Shown: positions 16,330 through 26,119 of the stretch, piece by piece
Numbering within the stretch: the stretch's first letter is position 1
How the letters are laid out: each line of letters begins with the position of its first letter
Virus genome (UHGV): UHGV-0147372
Length of the DNA: 26,706 bases
Reading direction: 5' to 3' (one strand)
Source of the DNA: a virus
Notes under the pieces: generated by a model
Seen by the model: only the letters and a program-made list of their open reading frames with translations
Database searches by the model: none
What the model was told of the DNA's origin: nothing
Made by a program: the position numbers and the translations under genes

Positions 16330-18702
16330 TTAATACAGGTTTCGCCACTTATCATCTTCCTGCAAACGCTGGTTCCGATAGAAGATACGCAGGCCTGCTC
16401 CTGACGGAATACTGCCGCCGCGAAGGAGTAAATCGACCTCTTTCTCGCTACCATCAAATCCTCTGGACTTCAGCTCATAGACGAGCTGCTGTCGCTGATG
16501 GTCTGTAATTCGCTGTTTGTAGTCTTTACGCCGTTTCGGTTTAACCAGGCGTAACCTTGCTGCCAGTTCCCGGCGCTCTTTTTTGCTCATACTGTGCAGG
16601 TAATCGTGCAACTGCTTGTCATCCATGCGGGTAATGTCCGTTCTGGTGCCCCCATCAGCTGATTTATCTTTCTCCTGTTGGTTCAAATTTTCAGCAAGGG
16701 GACAGTTATTGCCACGAGTCCAAGGGGCGCAAGCGCCCTGGTCGGCTGCCGCCTCCTGAACGTCAACGGCCTTACGAACCATTTTCCACTTCACGGCATG
16801 AGTGCAGATCTTGCCCTCTGCAATAGGTGACCAGATGCCATAAATACGAATGCCGTGATCGCCATAGGCGGTCGGCTCTTCGTTGATTTCATAAGCAGTT
16901 CTGATGAGGTGATATTTGCGGGGAACCAGTACGCCACCCTGCTTCATGATGTAGGTGGCAAAACAACCAGCATCAGCAGCAGCCAGAATGGCATCAAGGC
17001 GCGGGTTATCCAGTACCGGCGCACCTGCTTTTTTGTCCCCCTGTTGCCTTGCCGCCTGACCAGCCAGCAATCGCAGTTCACGGTAAGCCTGACGCCCCGG
17101 AATGCCAAAGAAGCGGAATTGCTGAACACGATGCAGAGACGCCCAAGCATTAACGTATTCAGCATTATCACGCAGGGATTTCCCCGTTTCCTTGCTGATC
17201 TCGCCAGCCAGACCACGCCCGTCAATGTTCTTACTGATGTATTTCGCGATGTAGCTTGTTGGCGTACCTTTGCGCGGGTTAATCAACTCAGACTTAAAGC
17301 GCGGCCCAGTGTTATTGCCCAGCTCCTCGCGGTCTTCACGGATGGCAAACTTACGCAGTAATGCAGTGATGGTGCGGCGGTCTTTTTTGCGCATAAAACA
17401 CAACAGGTGCCAGTGAACTGTACCGTCATGATGCGGCTCAGCCACCCGCACGCCATACCACCGCAATCCGGCTTTGTGCATCGCCTTACGAAATGCAGCA
17501 AACATGCCGACCAGATAATCACTGCTTTGTCTTACCGTCGCATTTGTCCAGGTTGGGTTGGGCCTGCCGTTATTTAGCGTGGAATGGAAACGTGACGGAC
17601 AGGTGATGGTGTAGAAAACGGCGCAGTCACCGCGCATTTCCGCGATAAGCTCCAGACCTTTAACACAGGCCATCATCTCATTGCGGCGATGCGCAGGGTT
17701 GCTGCTGCTGGCGTTTACCACATCCTCCATGTCCAGCGTGTCGCCGTCTTCGTTCACCAGTTCATGAGAACGGAAAAACTCCAGCGACTTACGGCGCTGC
17801 TCACGTTTATGCATCACGGCTTCATAGCTGACATAGGGAGATGCTTTTTTGCTGACCAGGCAAACAGCACGCAACTGCTCTTCCCGCCATTCGCAACGCA
17901 TCTTCCATAATTTCCGGTACCACCAGTCGGCGCACAACATACGCGCCAGCGAACCCGGAATGAGTTCATAGGGCACGGGTTTACGGCGGTTTCTTTTCCG
18001 GCGGAGTTGCTCAAACGCAGGCGGTATGACATCCAGTCGCAGGGTTTCTGCTGCCACCTTTTCCCATGTCTTGCGGATTTCTTCTGGCTTAACGTCATCG
18101 GTGGCATACAAATCGCCACAAGCTGCATCAAGGCACATGCTCATATGCGCAGCAACAAGGGTGGACAGGCGTTTCACCTGATCCTGACTCATTTCAGGCA
18201 GAATCAGCAGGCCGTCCAGCCCTTCATGGCTTGCCATAAAGCGAAAAGAAGTGGATAGCTGACTGTCGCGCACATGCTCCAGCCGTTCCAGACATGGCTT
18301 AATCGTCTCACGCAAATAGCGGGAATAAGCCTTTGGCCTGCCAAGGCTGCTGAAGTATTCAATACGTTGCATCAGCGGCTTGCTGATATGGGAAGGCTGG
18401 GCATTGACGTCCGCCAGAATGACCATATCTGGATTAAAACGCTGCTGCTCATGCGCCAGCTTTGCCCGACTAATGAGCTTATCCTGCTCCATTTCGCGCT
18501 GGACAGGATCACGGGATTCATTAAAGAAATAACGCTCCCAGACCTGATCACTCAGTACCTCGCGGCGCAGGTGTTCCTGCTCGTTATCGGCAGCGTACAG
18601 AGCGATCAGGTTTGAAAGCGCAGAAACTGAAGATTGCTCTTCTGTCTCTACGTAAGGATTGATTGCTTTTTTCTCAGCATTCCAGGAATAGCTGTAGTTC
18701 AT
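16330..18702 (-). CDS. A: Replication initiation endonuclease gpA (rolling-circle initiator)
   Basis: 790 aa; P2/186 gene A size class and position at the end of the early operon. Confidence 0.88.
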   Translation of the reverse strand: MNYSYSWNAEKKAINPYVETEEQSSVSALSNLIALYAADNEQEHLRREVLSDQVWERYFFNESRDPVQREMEQDKLISRAKLAHEQQRFNPDMVILADVNAQPSHISKPLMQRIEYFSSLGRPKAYSRYLRETIKPCLERLEHVRDSQLSTSFRFMASHEGLDGLLILPEMSQDQVKRLSTLVAAHMSMCLDAACGDLYATDDVKPEEIRKTWEKVAAETLRLDVIPPAFEQLRRKRNRRKPVPYELIPGSLARMLCADWWYRKLWKMRCEWREEQLRAVCLVSKKASPYVSYEAVMHKREQRRKSLEFFRSHELVNEDGDTLDMEDVVNASSSNPAHRRNEMMACVKGLELIAEMRGDCAVFYTITCPSRFHSTLNNGRPNPTWTNATVRQSSDYLVGMFAAFRKAMHKAGLRWYGVRVAEPHHDGTVHWHLLCFMRKKDRRTITALLRKFAIREDREELGNNTGPRFKSELINPRKGTPTSYIAKYISKNIDGRGLAGEISKETGKSLRDNAEYVNAWASLHRVQQFRFFGIPGRQAYRELRLLAGQAARQQGDKKAGAPVLDNPRLDAILAAADAGCFATYIMKQGGVLVPRKYHLIRTAYEINEEPTAYGDHGIRIYGIWSPIAEGKICTHAVKWKMVRKAVDVQEAAADQGACAPWTRGNNCPLAENLNQQEKDKSADGGTRTDITRMDDKQLHDYLHSMSKKERRELAARLRLVKPKRRKDYKQRITDHQRQQLVYELKSRGFDGSEKEVDLLLRGGSIPSGAGLRIFYRNQRLQEDDKWRNLY

Positions 18703-19532
18703 TACGCAATCTCCAGTTCGAGCTGTGAAGGCTGCAAACCATTCGACAGCCAGTCAGAAACTGAAGGTGGGCGAACAGCTTCAATTGCACCTTTTAAAAT
18801 TGCGCAACGGTTTTTCAGAATGACAGCTTTCAGCTCCTTTTCCGTCAGATTGCGCGAATACTCAGCCTCCTGAATAGCCCGCGTAAGCTCAGGATATTTG
18901 CTATTAAATTTGGGGACATTGCAGGCAAGATTTGTACTGTCGGCAGTCGCCAGTGGGTAATTTCCCAACACACGACCGTCAAGCATGCGCAAACCATGAA
19001 CAGCTGTTTTGAAATTGTGTCGGCAATAAATTGCTTCAAAAGCGTCCTGCATACGACGATGCCAGTGCGCAGTTCTAATAGCCGCATATTCACCAGACGA
19101 TCCAAAGCAGACACGAGGCCATTCACGACATAGCTCGATAAGCCGATCGATTGACTCGTGCAGATGCCAGACGGGAGTTGCCTTCCCGTAGAACATTTTC
19201 GGAACTTCGTTTATCAGGGCATCATTGTCACGTTCACCTCCGTCCACAACATCAGGAATGACAAAAAAAGCGACCTTAGGATGGTAGTAATAGTTCAGGA
19301 GCCATTTATAAAAATCATTCCAGTTAATTTTTAGCCCACGCACCCATGCAGAAAATGCGCCGTTATCAATGCCAACGACCTGGGCGTGCTGAATGGACGC
19401 CGCAATCTGATCTGGTCGTACATAGGAGACGAAAGCACCAGCTCCGCTCACCGCAATACGATGAACGTCGCCAGCACTTCCCCAGACAGGCGTCCCATGG
19501 AAATGATGAATTCCGTGGTGCATTTCTTTCAC
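18702..19532 (-). CDS. TGT-fold (DpdA-like DNA transglycosylase) candidate; otherwise hypothetical
   Basis: 276 aa; motifs VGIDNGAFS (compare TGT LTDSGGFQ), FFVIPDVVD (compare IVMIFDEC) and FGSSGE (compare VGGLAVGE) in TGT order, with no zinc-binding C-terminus; ATGA overlap with Dam upstream and TAATG overlap with A downstream. Confidence 0.35.
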   Translation of the reverse strand: MKEMHHGIHHFHGTPVWGSAGDVHRIAVSGAGAFVSYVRPDQIAASIQHAQVVGIDNGAFSAWVRGLKINWNDFYKWLLNYYYHPKVAFFVIPDVVDGGERDNDALINEVPKMFYGKATPVWHLHESIDRLIELCREWPRVCFGSSGEYAAIRTAHWHRRMQDAFEAIYCRHNFKTAVHGLRMLDGRVLGNYPLATADSTNLACNVPKFNSKYPELTRAIQEAEYSRNLTEKELKAVILKNRCAILKGAIEAVRPPSVSDWLSNGLQPSQLELEIA

Positions 19533-20383
19533 ACTTGCACCCCGAAAATAACAGTAGAGTCACGTCCCCTACTAAAATCGGCACTAAACCAATTAGCAGA
19601 TTTAGTGGCAATCATCTCTGTTGCAAATTTTCCCTCCCCCGCTGCAACGCCGATGCTGCGTTTCGCCCTGATGTAGTGGTGAGTGAAATTACGATAAAGA
19701 GACCGGGTCAAAGACGTGTCACTGTTAGAAACAATGACCGGATGTCCTTCAGATGCTCGATGTTCAAGAACGGATGCCAGGTGATACTGGTCATCTTCAG
19801 TGAAACCATCAGTGTGATAGCCGGAAAACGTACCGTCATACGGCGGATCGCAATACACCACATCCCCCGCCTTCAACATCGCCAGCGTTTCATCAAAGCT
19901 GGCGCAGATAAACGTTGCTCGCTGGGCCTTTTCTGCAAATGCGCGAATTTCTTTTTCAGGGAAATACGGATTTTTATAATTACCGTAGGGAATGTTGAAA
20001 TGCCCGCTCTTGTTATAGCGACATAAACCACGGTAACCGTGACGATTGAGATACAGGAAATATACCGCTCTCATGAAATCAGTAATTTCAGTTGAGTAAT
20101 TAAACTCCTGCCTTATGTTGTAATAAGCCACCTCCCTGTTTGCGATCTCAAATAAAACTCTGGCGCGAGATATAAACGATTCACAATCAGCGGCAACCTT
20201 TTTATAGAGGTTGATTAAATCAGGATTAATATCCGCAACCAGATAGCTGGGATAATCCGTCTCCATCATCACAGCACAGGAACCCGCGAAAGGTTCAACC
20301 AGTCGCGGGCCAGCAGGAAGATGTTTTTTCAGTTCGGACATTATGGCAGTTTTATTTCCCGCCCATTTCAGGATGGTGCTCAT
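19529..20383 (-). CDS. dam: DNA adenine methyltransferase (Dam family)
   Basis: Start moved to the ATG at 20383 ([11 protein letters not shown]...); motif [11 protein letters not shown] and motif IV DPPY present; ATGA overlap with the TraR-like gene. Confidence 0.85.
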   Translation of the reverse strand: MSTILKWAGNKTAIMSELKKHLPAGPRLVEPFAGSCAVMMETDYPSYLVADINPDLINLYKKVAADCESFISRARVLFEIANREVAYYNIRQEFNYSTEITDFMRAVYFLYLNRHGYRGLCRYNKSGHFNIPYGNYKNPYFPEKEIRAFAEKAQRATFICASFDETLAMLKAGDVVYCDPPYDGTFSGYHTDGFTEDDQYHLASVLEHRASEGHPVIVSNSDTSLTRSLYRNFTHHYIRAKRSIGVAAGEGKFATEMIATKSANWFSADFSRGRDSTVIFGVQV

Positions 20384-20607
20384 ACAGCACCTCCGTTGTA
20401 ATGTTTGCCTTTCAGCTCTGCGATTTCCTGACAGGTAATGCAAAGTTGCACACCCGGAATGGCACGGCGGCGTGCTGGCGGAATTGGCGCTTCACACTCA
20501 ACGCAAAGCACGCGGGACACTCCCGGCGTTTTGGCACGGGCAGCACGGATATGACGCTGGCGTTCTTCTTCAACTCGCTGCTGTACGAGATCCATTGCAT
20601 CAGCCAT
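20380..20607 (-). CDS. TraR/DksA-family C4 zinc-finger protein (P2 orf82-like)
   Basis: 75 aa with CVECEAPIP...CITCQ four-cysteine motif. Confidence 0.8.
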   Translation of the reverse strand: MADAMDLVQQRVEEERQRHIRAARAKTPGVSRVLCVECEAPIPPARRRAIPGVQLCITCQEIAELKGKHYNGGAV

Positions 20608-20846
20608 CAGTGGATCTCCTGCGCTTCGTTCTGGATTGCTTCAGCAGTCACACGCAGCAGTTCTGCCGCTTCGACGTGGTTTAACTGGCGGGATGTGATA
20701 TGACACGCCAGGCGATCAAGGCGAGCTGCCATTGCTTCAGCCCTTGCCCGGCGTTCTTCCAGACGAGCCTCTGTCAGTAAAATATTAAGCCCTGCGTCAT
20801 CCGGTCCGGTTTTAGTCGTGAGGGTTTCAATATTACGCATAATCAA
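20607..20846 (-). CDS. Hypothetical early protein (P2 orf81 position)
   Basis: 79 aa ORF in the early operon; 1 nt overlap with the downstream gene. Confidence 0.55.
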   Translation of the reverse strand: MIMRNIETLTTKTGPDDAGLNILLTEARLEERRARAEAMAARLDRLACHITSRQLNHVEAAELLRVTAEAIQNEAQEIH

Positions 20847-20907
20847 TTCTCCTGAATTTAGATAAAGGGATGCCCGGCGGGTTTACGCCATTAATTTCAT
20901 TAGTTGG

Positions 20908-21249
20908 TTAATTCGGCATGGTTAGCCGTCTGGGAAATAAGCTCACCACTGCACGAAAATGATTCATTGCTTTAATCAGCTCCCGCTTTTCGTCAGTGGT
21001 CAGCTCATTAATGCTGATGCTATGACGTTCAGCCGGAATTTTTGCCATAAAGAATATAGCAGCCAGTGCCCGTTTATTTTGTTCATTATTGATATCCCGT
21101 GGATCACGCATATCTTTAATAAACCGCTCAAGCTCTGACTCAATATTCAGGCCAAAAACTTTCGCCCTTAATTCCGCTATGTGATTAAGTCCACTCAGGC
21201 GTTCACCGGGGCTTAATGGAACAGTCGCCGCAGCGCCTTCAATAGCCAT
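20908..21249 (-). CDS. Hypothetical early protein (P2 orf80 position)
   Basis: 113 aa ORF in the early operon. Confidence 0.55.
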   Translation of the reverse strand: MAIEGAAATVPLSPGERLSGLNHIAELRAKVFGLNIESELERFIKDMRDPRDINNEQNKRALAAIFFMAKIPAERHSISINELTTDEKRELIKAMNHFRAVVSLFPRRLTMPN

Positions 21250-21413
21250 TTGTTCCCCCTTTTTTTCGTAGATAGTTCTGCCAGCAATTCATCTTGTGAA
21301 CGGCACGGATGCCAGCGTTTACCATCCTCCCCCATGATCCAGCCGTGACCGTAGTGCATTGCCGGACTTTGTTTTACCAGCAGCGATGCAAATGATGGTT
21401 CTTTAGTAAGCAT
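21213..21413 (-). CDS. Hypothetical small early protein (Fil/Dhr position of 186)
   Basis: Start set to the ATG at 21413 (MLTKEPSF...), which has a GAGGTG SD 4-5 nt upstream; the longer ORF-track start would overlap the cII 3' end. Confidence 0.5.
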   Translation of the reverse strand: MLTKEPSFASLLVKQSPAMHYGHGWIMGEDGKRWHPCRSQDELLAELSTKKRGNKWLLKALRRLFH

Positions 21414-21420
21414 AAGCACC

Positions 21421-21930
21421 TCACAGCAAACCGAATGAAGCACCGAGGCCAGTCACGGTATCAACTGCACTCGCCATCGCAGGATTAGCCTGTAAACGGG
21501 CCTGCAATGAAACAGCCGCCAGCGCCATCAGTCGTGTTACAGAGTTAATGCTGCTGATAGCATCACGACGACCTGCACTGGTTTTTACATCGCCAGATAC
21601 CGCACCTGCAGCAACACGCCCGATCTCTGCGGTTGCACTCATGACGTAATGTGGCAGTTTCTCTTTTGCCACCTCATTAATCGGTACGCATGGCAGGCAG
21701 TGAATCTGAGCCAGAAAACCATCTACCAGCGTTGAATCTTCAGTCAGATCGGTAAGCAGCCAGATTTCTGGTGCGGTTAATAAATGAGGTTGAGCCGGGT
21801 TCAGCTTGTTCCGCAGAATCTGCACATTCATGCCAGCACGTTCTGCCAGTTGCACCAGGTTGTGGCGCAGCGCGAATGCACGACAGGCTTCATCAAAATG
21901 TGGATGTTTGGAAACTTGGTAATCAAACAT
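21421..21930 (-). CDS. cII: 186-type CII-like lysogeny establishment regulator
   Basis: 169 aa from the internal ATG at 21930; [24 protein letters not shown]... matches phage 186 CII N-terminus as recalled; same length as 186 CII. Confidence 0.7.
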   Translation of the reverse strand: MFDYQVSKHPHFDEACRAFALRHNLVQLAERAGMNVQILRNKLNPAQPHLLTAPEIWLLTDLTEDSTLVDGFLAQIHCLPCVPINEVAKEKLPHYVMSATAEIGRVAAGAVSGDVKTSAGRRDAISSINSVTRLMALAAVSLQARLQANPAMASAVDTVTGLGASFGLL

Positions 21931-21962
21931 AGTCGACACCCCTGATGTATCCCAAAATGGAA

Positions 21963-22184
21963 CTAGTTGAATACAACATTGCAATCAGTAAGTGCATCAA
22001 CGGTAAGAGCAGCAAGGTTGATCATTACCTTTTCTCTTTTCTTGTCTTTCCGAAGGCGATGACGAGGGATGCGACCATCAGCCAGCATATCGTTGATTGT
22101 GTCGATAGAAAGACCAGTAAGTTCGCTATAACGCTCAATTGTGACGTGCGGCGTATTCAGAGTTATTGAAATGTTAGGGGTCAT
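21963..22184 (-). CDS. apl: Apl/Cox-like excisionase and lytic-promoter repressor
   Basis: 73 aa from the ATG at 22184 ([24 protein letters not shown]...), AGGAGA SD 9 nt upstream; first gene of the early operon, divergent from cI. Confidence 0.65.
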   Translation of the reverse strand: MTPNISITLNTPHVTIERYSELTGLSIDTINDMLADGRIPRHRLRKDKKREKVMINLAALTVDALTDCNVVFN

Positions 22185-22272
22185 GATGCAACATCTCCTA
22201 TTGGCTTGTGGTGAGCCGGTATTAATCGTGACGAAAACTTCACAAAACGGAGAATAGGTTCGCATAAAGAAT
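22185..22272. promoter_or_regulatory. Lysis/lysogeny switch region between apl and cI (expected promoters and operators)
   Basis: 88 bp intergenic region between divergently oriented apl and cI; candidate minus-strand TTGTGA -35; operators not resolved by eye. Confidence 0.4.
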
Positions 22273-23214
22273 ATGTCAACTAATAAAATCACATTTCGCC
22301 ATATTGAAGATCATCTGAAAGCCATGGTCATGCAGAATCGAGGAGGGCAAAAAGTCATTGAGAGAATACTCATGGCCTATGGTTTCAAATCACGCCAAGC
22401 ATTCTGTAACCACCTTGGTATTTCACAAAGTACAATGGCTAACAGATATGCACGCGATACCTTCCCTGCTGATTGGGTTGTTATATGTTCAATGGAAACT
22501 GGCGCATCAATCGAATGGTTAGCATTTGGTTTAGATGCTGAAGAAGGAGTGCCAGCTCCTTCGCCAGAACGGCATGCTGAAAAACAGTCTGCAGATGAAT
22601 TTTGCAATGAAGTTCACACCCCCACGATAAAGTTCGATAATGAAAACCACATGGATTTCACTCGAGGGGGTAAAGCAGCAATAGAGCGAATTGTTAAGGC
22701 TTACGGTTACAAAACGCGCCAAGCCTTAGCCGATCACCTTGGTATCTCAAAAAGCACATTAGCTACACGATACATGCGAGACATTTTTCCGGCAGACTGG
22801 ATCATCCAATGCTGTTTAGAAACAGGAGTGTCTCTCGAGTGGTTATCTTTTGGTAAGGGGCATTCCAATCAAACAAAGCTAAGTGGGTTGCTTACATTAG
22901 ACTGCTATGATCTACGTGACGGCAAACTTACTGATCAAAGAGAATTAATCGTTTCGAGCGAAATTTTACCTCAAAATTTAAAACATCCCTATATAGTTAA
23001 TTCCGCAAATGATTCATATATCATTAGCAAAGAGGAGTATCTTAGCGATGGTCTATGGTTAGTATCTATTAACGGAGAATTTACTTTTAGAGACATATTT
23101 AAACTTCCAAACAATCGCATCCGCGTTGAAAACACAAAATATAGCTTTGAATGCGATAAAGAAGATTTGGAATTTAATAATAAAGTTAAAGGAATAATTA
23201 GAAAAAGGGTTTAA
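22273..23214 (+). CDS. cI: CI-type immunity repressor with tandemly duplicated N-terminal DNA-binding domain
   Basis: 313 aa; two roughly 60 aa copies (KVIERILMAYGFKSRQAFCNHLGISQSTMANRYARDTFPADWVVICSMETGASIEWLAFG and AAIERIVKAYGYKTRQALADHLGISKSTLATRYMRDIFPADWIIQCCLETGVSLEWLSFG) resembling the 186 CI N-terminal domain, then a C-terminal domain. Confidence 0.75.
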   Translation: MSTNKITFRHIEDHLKAMVMQNRGGQKVIERILMAYGFKSRQAFCNHLGISQSTMANRYARDTFPADWVVICSMETGASIEWLAFGLDAEEGVPAPSPERHAEKQSADEFCNEVHTPTIKFDNENHMDFTRGGKAAIERIVKAYGYKTRQALADHLGISKSTLATRYMRDIFPADWIIQCCLETGVSLEWLSFGKGHSNQTKLSGLLTLDCYDLRDGKLTDQRELIVSSEILPQNLKHPYIVNSANDSYIISKEEYLSDGLWLVSINGEFTFRDIFKLPNNRIRVENTKYSFECDKEDLEFNNKVKGIIRKRV

Positions 23215-23216
23215 CA

Positions 23217-24266
23217 ATGAGCTTTACGAAAACTATTGAATTTGCAAACTATACCTTAAATTTTGGAGAGGACAAAGTTCTCTTAGATGCTTTTGATTGC
23301 ATTGTTTTTCCTTCATTTTTCGCACAAAAATACGTTAGAAAATTTAAAGATACAGAATATTTCTTTACTGACACAAAAATTATTACGTTAGATACTACAG
23401 ATTCAGATTTTATTGGTCCTATAGTTCCAACAATTGCATTGTGTGGCCGCATTATAAAAAAGACCATATTTAAACGAGATCAAATATTTCAAGATGGTCA
23501 ATTAATTCGAGATCACAGGACGCTAGAAAGTCACCCCAGCTCTATTTTTATTCTTATGCTTAATGAGCACAGATTAATGCTTTGCAAAGAGGTTTCTGGA
23601 GCCCCTACCCTAGAAGAATTTGAAAATACTAGCAAGTATTGCCTTGCACAGCGATATAATTCTTTTGTGGATTACGAAGTAAAAAAAAATAAAAGAATTA
23701 GAAAGAAAAAATCATACATTGATCGACTGTATAAAAAAGATATTTATCGTAAACTAGGAGCCCCCAAATTACGGGTTACCCCCTTAACAGACCCAAGATC
23801 ATTGAGCAATTTTGTTGAACTCTTTTCTGTTGTTAATAGATTATCAATTGAGTTATTGCCAACAAATAGTGAAAATATATCTCTTGATGGCTTCTGGAGG
23901 AAAATTGAACAAGAAAAAGAAGAACTTAATAGTAGTAAAGCTCAATTAGTATACACAAATAAAAATGAAGATGGTTTAAATTCTGAGGCCGTCATTCAAA
24001 AAACAACAAGTGCAACCCGAATGGCCAACTCTAAAGTAATTATAAGTGGTAAAGATGAACACGGAGCAAGGCTATCAGGGAATAATGATAGTTTTACTCT
24101 AAAAGCATCAAGGCCACAACTTAGTTCTGATTTGGAAAGAGCTGCTCAAGAGGCGTATTCTGCATTCACAGAATTAAAGGATGCAGGAAATATTATCATT
24201 CCAGAACGTGAAGATTATACTAAAATTTTTTCCAAGTTAACATCAATAATTTCTAGGTGGCTATAG
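23217..24266 (+). CDS. Hypothetical cytoplasmic protein (349 aa), AT-rich, co-transcribed with cI; RexA-like by position only
   Basis: Starts 2 nt after the cI stop; no recognisable motif; Lys/Asn-rich AT-biased composition. Confidence 0.6.
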   Translation: MSFTKTIEFANYTLNFGEDKVLLDAFDCIVFPSFFAQKYVRKFKDTEYFFTDTKIITLDTTDSDFIGPIVPTIALCGRIIKKTIFKRDQIFQDGQLIRDHRTLESHPSSIFILMLNEHRLMLCKEVSGAPTLEEFENTSKYCLAQRYNSFVDYEVKKNKRIRKKKSYIDRLYKKDIYRKLGAPKLRVTPLTDPRSLSNFVELFSVVNRLSIELLPTNSENISLDGFWRKIEQEKEELNSSKAQLVYTNKNEDGLNSEAVIQKTTSATRMANSKVIISGKDEHGARLSGNNDSFTLKASRPQLSSDLERAAQEAYSAFTELKDAGNIIIPEREDYTKIFSKLTSIISRWL

Positions 24267-24267
24267 T

Positions 24268-24873
24268 ATGAAATATACATTCAACCCAGAAGATCTGACC
24301 AAAGAGCGATCTTTGCATGATGTTTACAAATTAACTAAAAAAATAAAGGTCAATTCATTTGACTTTTATTTCACATTATTATTAGTGATATTATTATCTA
24401 TTAATGCTTTTTGTCTATCTTCATCACCAGAGTTAATTTCATCTATTAGACAATGGACACCTTTAGTATTCGGATTCACTACAACAACATTAGGTTTTTT
24501 AATTACTGGATTTACAATATTTGCAACCATAAATAAACCTGAACTTTTCCTTTCATTAATGGAGTATAAGCATCCATTATACGGGATAAGTTACTTAAAA
24601 TATGTTTATGGCGTATTTATGAGAGTATTTATATATTTCATATTTTGGTCTGTTATCTATCTTTTAGTCCTTCTTTTCGGGCAAGAAAATGGATTGGCTA
24701 CAAAATTACTCAGAGCCTTAATGTTTTCTCATTGCACTAAAGTTGTTGGAGTTCAAATACTATATATACTCGTAGGAAGCAGTGCAGTGTTCCTTGTATT
24801 AACTTTAAAAACTTTCCTGTTCAATATTTATGCTATGTTAATGCAATCTCTACGCTGGGAAGTAGAAAGATAA
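24268..24873 (+). CDS. Hypothetical polytopic membrane protein (201 aa, about 4-5 TM); RexB-like by architecture only
   Basis: Starts 1 nt after the stop of the upstream gene; several 20-residue hydrophobic segments. Confidence 0.62.
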   Translation: MKYTFNPEDLTKERSLHDVYKLTKKIKVNSFDFYFTLLLVILLSINAFCLSSSPELISSIRQWTPLVFGFTTTTLGFLITGFTIFATINKPELFLSLMEYKHPLYGISYLKYVYGVFMRVFIYFIFWSVIYLLVLLFGQENGLATKLLRALMFSHCTKVVGVQILYILVGSSAVFLVLTLKTFLFNIYAMLMQSLRWEVER

Positions 24874-24962
24874 AATTAACCTCAATGTATGAATCTCAAT
24901 TCATATACATTGACACTGGTTATACATACAGTAAAAATGCTCTCCACTGGAGGGCATTTTTT

Positions 24963-26015
24963 ATGGCAGTACGAAAACTCACCACAGGAAAATGGCTATG
25001 CGAATGTTACCCCGCGGGACGTAGTGGACGTCGTGTGCGTAAACAATTCGCCACCAAAGGTGAAGCTCTGGCTTTTGAGCGTCACACGATGGAAGAAACC
25101 GAAGCAAAGCCCTGGCTGGGTGAATCAGTGGATCGTCGAACACTGAAAGACGTGGTTGAGCTATGGTTCAAACTACATGGTAAATCTCTGACAGCTGGGC
25201 AGCATGTCTATGACAAATTGCTGTTGATAGTTGACGCTCTGGGCAATCCCCTTGCAACCGATCTCACCTCTAAAATGTTTGCCCACTATCGAGATAAACG
25301 CCTGACAGGAGAGATCTACTTCAGCGAAAAATGGAAGAAAGGAGCAAGCCCGGTCACCATTAACCTGGAGCAAAGCTATCTTAGTAGTGTTTTTAGCGAA
25401 CTATCCCGCCTGGGCGAATGGTCGTATCCGAACCCACTGGAGAACATGCGAAAATTCACCATCGCTGAAAAAGAGATGGCATGGCTTACCCATGAGCAGA
25501 TTGTTGAATTACTGGCTGATTGCAAACGTCAGGACCCAATTCTGGCACTGGTAGTTAAGATATGCTTAAGCACAGGCGCACGCTGGCGAGAAGCCGTAAA
25601 TCTTACTCGTTCACAGGTGACCAAATACCGAATTACCTTTGTAAGAACGAAGGGGAAGAAAAACAGAAGCATCCCTATCAGTAAAGAGCTTTACGAAGAG
25701 ATCATGGCGCTTGATGGGTTCAATTTCTTCACAGACTGCTATTTTCAATTTTTATCCGTGATGGAAAAAACGTCTATCGTGCTCCCTCGCGGTCAACTCA
25801 CACACGTTCTGCGCCATACGTTTGCGGCGCACTTCATGATGTCGGGTGGAAACATCCTGGCCTTACAAAAAATTCTCGGACATCACGATATAAAAATGAC
25901 GATGCGTTACGCACATCTGGCACCGGATCATCTGGAAACGGCGCTCCGTTTCAATCCTCTGGCAACGCTGCCAAGTGGCGACAAAGTGGCGGCAGCGGTT
26001 GGCATTACCCCGTAA
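24963..26015 (+). CDS. int: Tyrosine integrase (P2 Int family)
   Basis: Start set to the ATG at 24963 (MAVRKLTTGKWLCECYPAGRSGRRVRKQF...), aligning with the P2 Int N-terminus (MAIKKLDDGRYEVDIRPTGRNGKRIRRKF...); conserved LSTGARW.EA, HVLRHTFA and MRYAH boxes. Confidence 0.9.
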   Translation: MAVRKLTTGKWLCECYPAGRSGRRVRKQFATKGEALAFERHTMEETEAKPWLGESVDRRTLKDVVELWFKLHGKSLTAGQHVYDKLLLIVDALGNPLATDLTSKMFAHYRDKRLTGEIYFSEKWKKGASPVTINLEQSYLSSVFSELSRLGEWSYPNPLENMRKFTIAEKEMAWLTHEQIVELLADCKRQDPILALVVKICLSTGARWREAVNLTRSQVTKYRITFVRTKGKKNRSIPISKELYEEIMALDGFNFFTDCYFQFLSVMEKTSIVLPRGQLTHVLRHTFAAHFMMSGGNILALQKILGHHDIKMTMRYAHLAPDHLETALRFNPLATLPSGDKVAAAVGITP

Positions 26016-26038
26016 TAACCACCACTGACCACCAACTC

Positions 26039-26070
26039 AACTTATTGTTTTTACTCTAACTTATTGTTTT
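26039..26070. repeat. Direct repeat AACTTATTGTTTT x2 (19 bp apart) downstream of int; candidate Int arm-type sites in the att region
   Basis: Read directly at 26039..26051 and 26058..26070. Confidence 0.35.
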
Positions 26071-26075
26071 CATTA

Positions 26076-26102
26076 ACCCGTTTACATAAATGGGTTTTTT
26101 GT
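26076..26102 (+). terminator. Rho-independent terminator candidate downstream of int
   Basis: Stem ACCCGTTTA / TAAATGGGT (one G-U pair) followed by TTTTTTGTT. Confidence 0.5.
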
Positions 26103-26119
26103 TATCTAAAACTTATCTA

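Larger units (their letters stand above)
1..26105. mobile_element. P2/186-family prophage, partial: tail fibre H through integrase and att junction; the other prophage end lies beyond coordinate 1
   Basis: Contiguous syntenic set of P2-like genes (H,I,J,W,V,S,R,lysB/C,K,Y,X,L,M,N,O,P,Q,A,int) in P2 order with 186-type CI/Apl/CII; int followed by direct repeats, a terminator and a host-like TetR gene. Confidence 0.85.

Noticed and set aside
16855-18615. Plus-strand ORFs inside replication gene A (16855..17361, 18007..18258, 18274..18615 and others)
   Set aside because: Antisense to the 790 aa A gene; no independent support
19346-20026. 226 aa plus-strand ORF overlapping dam and the TGT-like gene
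   Set aside because: Antisense to two tightly coupled genes with recognisable motifs; Arg-rich, low-complexity translation
24874-24962. Hairpin plus T-run (ctccactggagggcatttttt) immediately upstream of int as a terminator
   Set aside because: Stem is only 4-5 bp with a 1-3 nt loop, and the GGAGG it contains is correctly spaced to be the int ribosome-binding site
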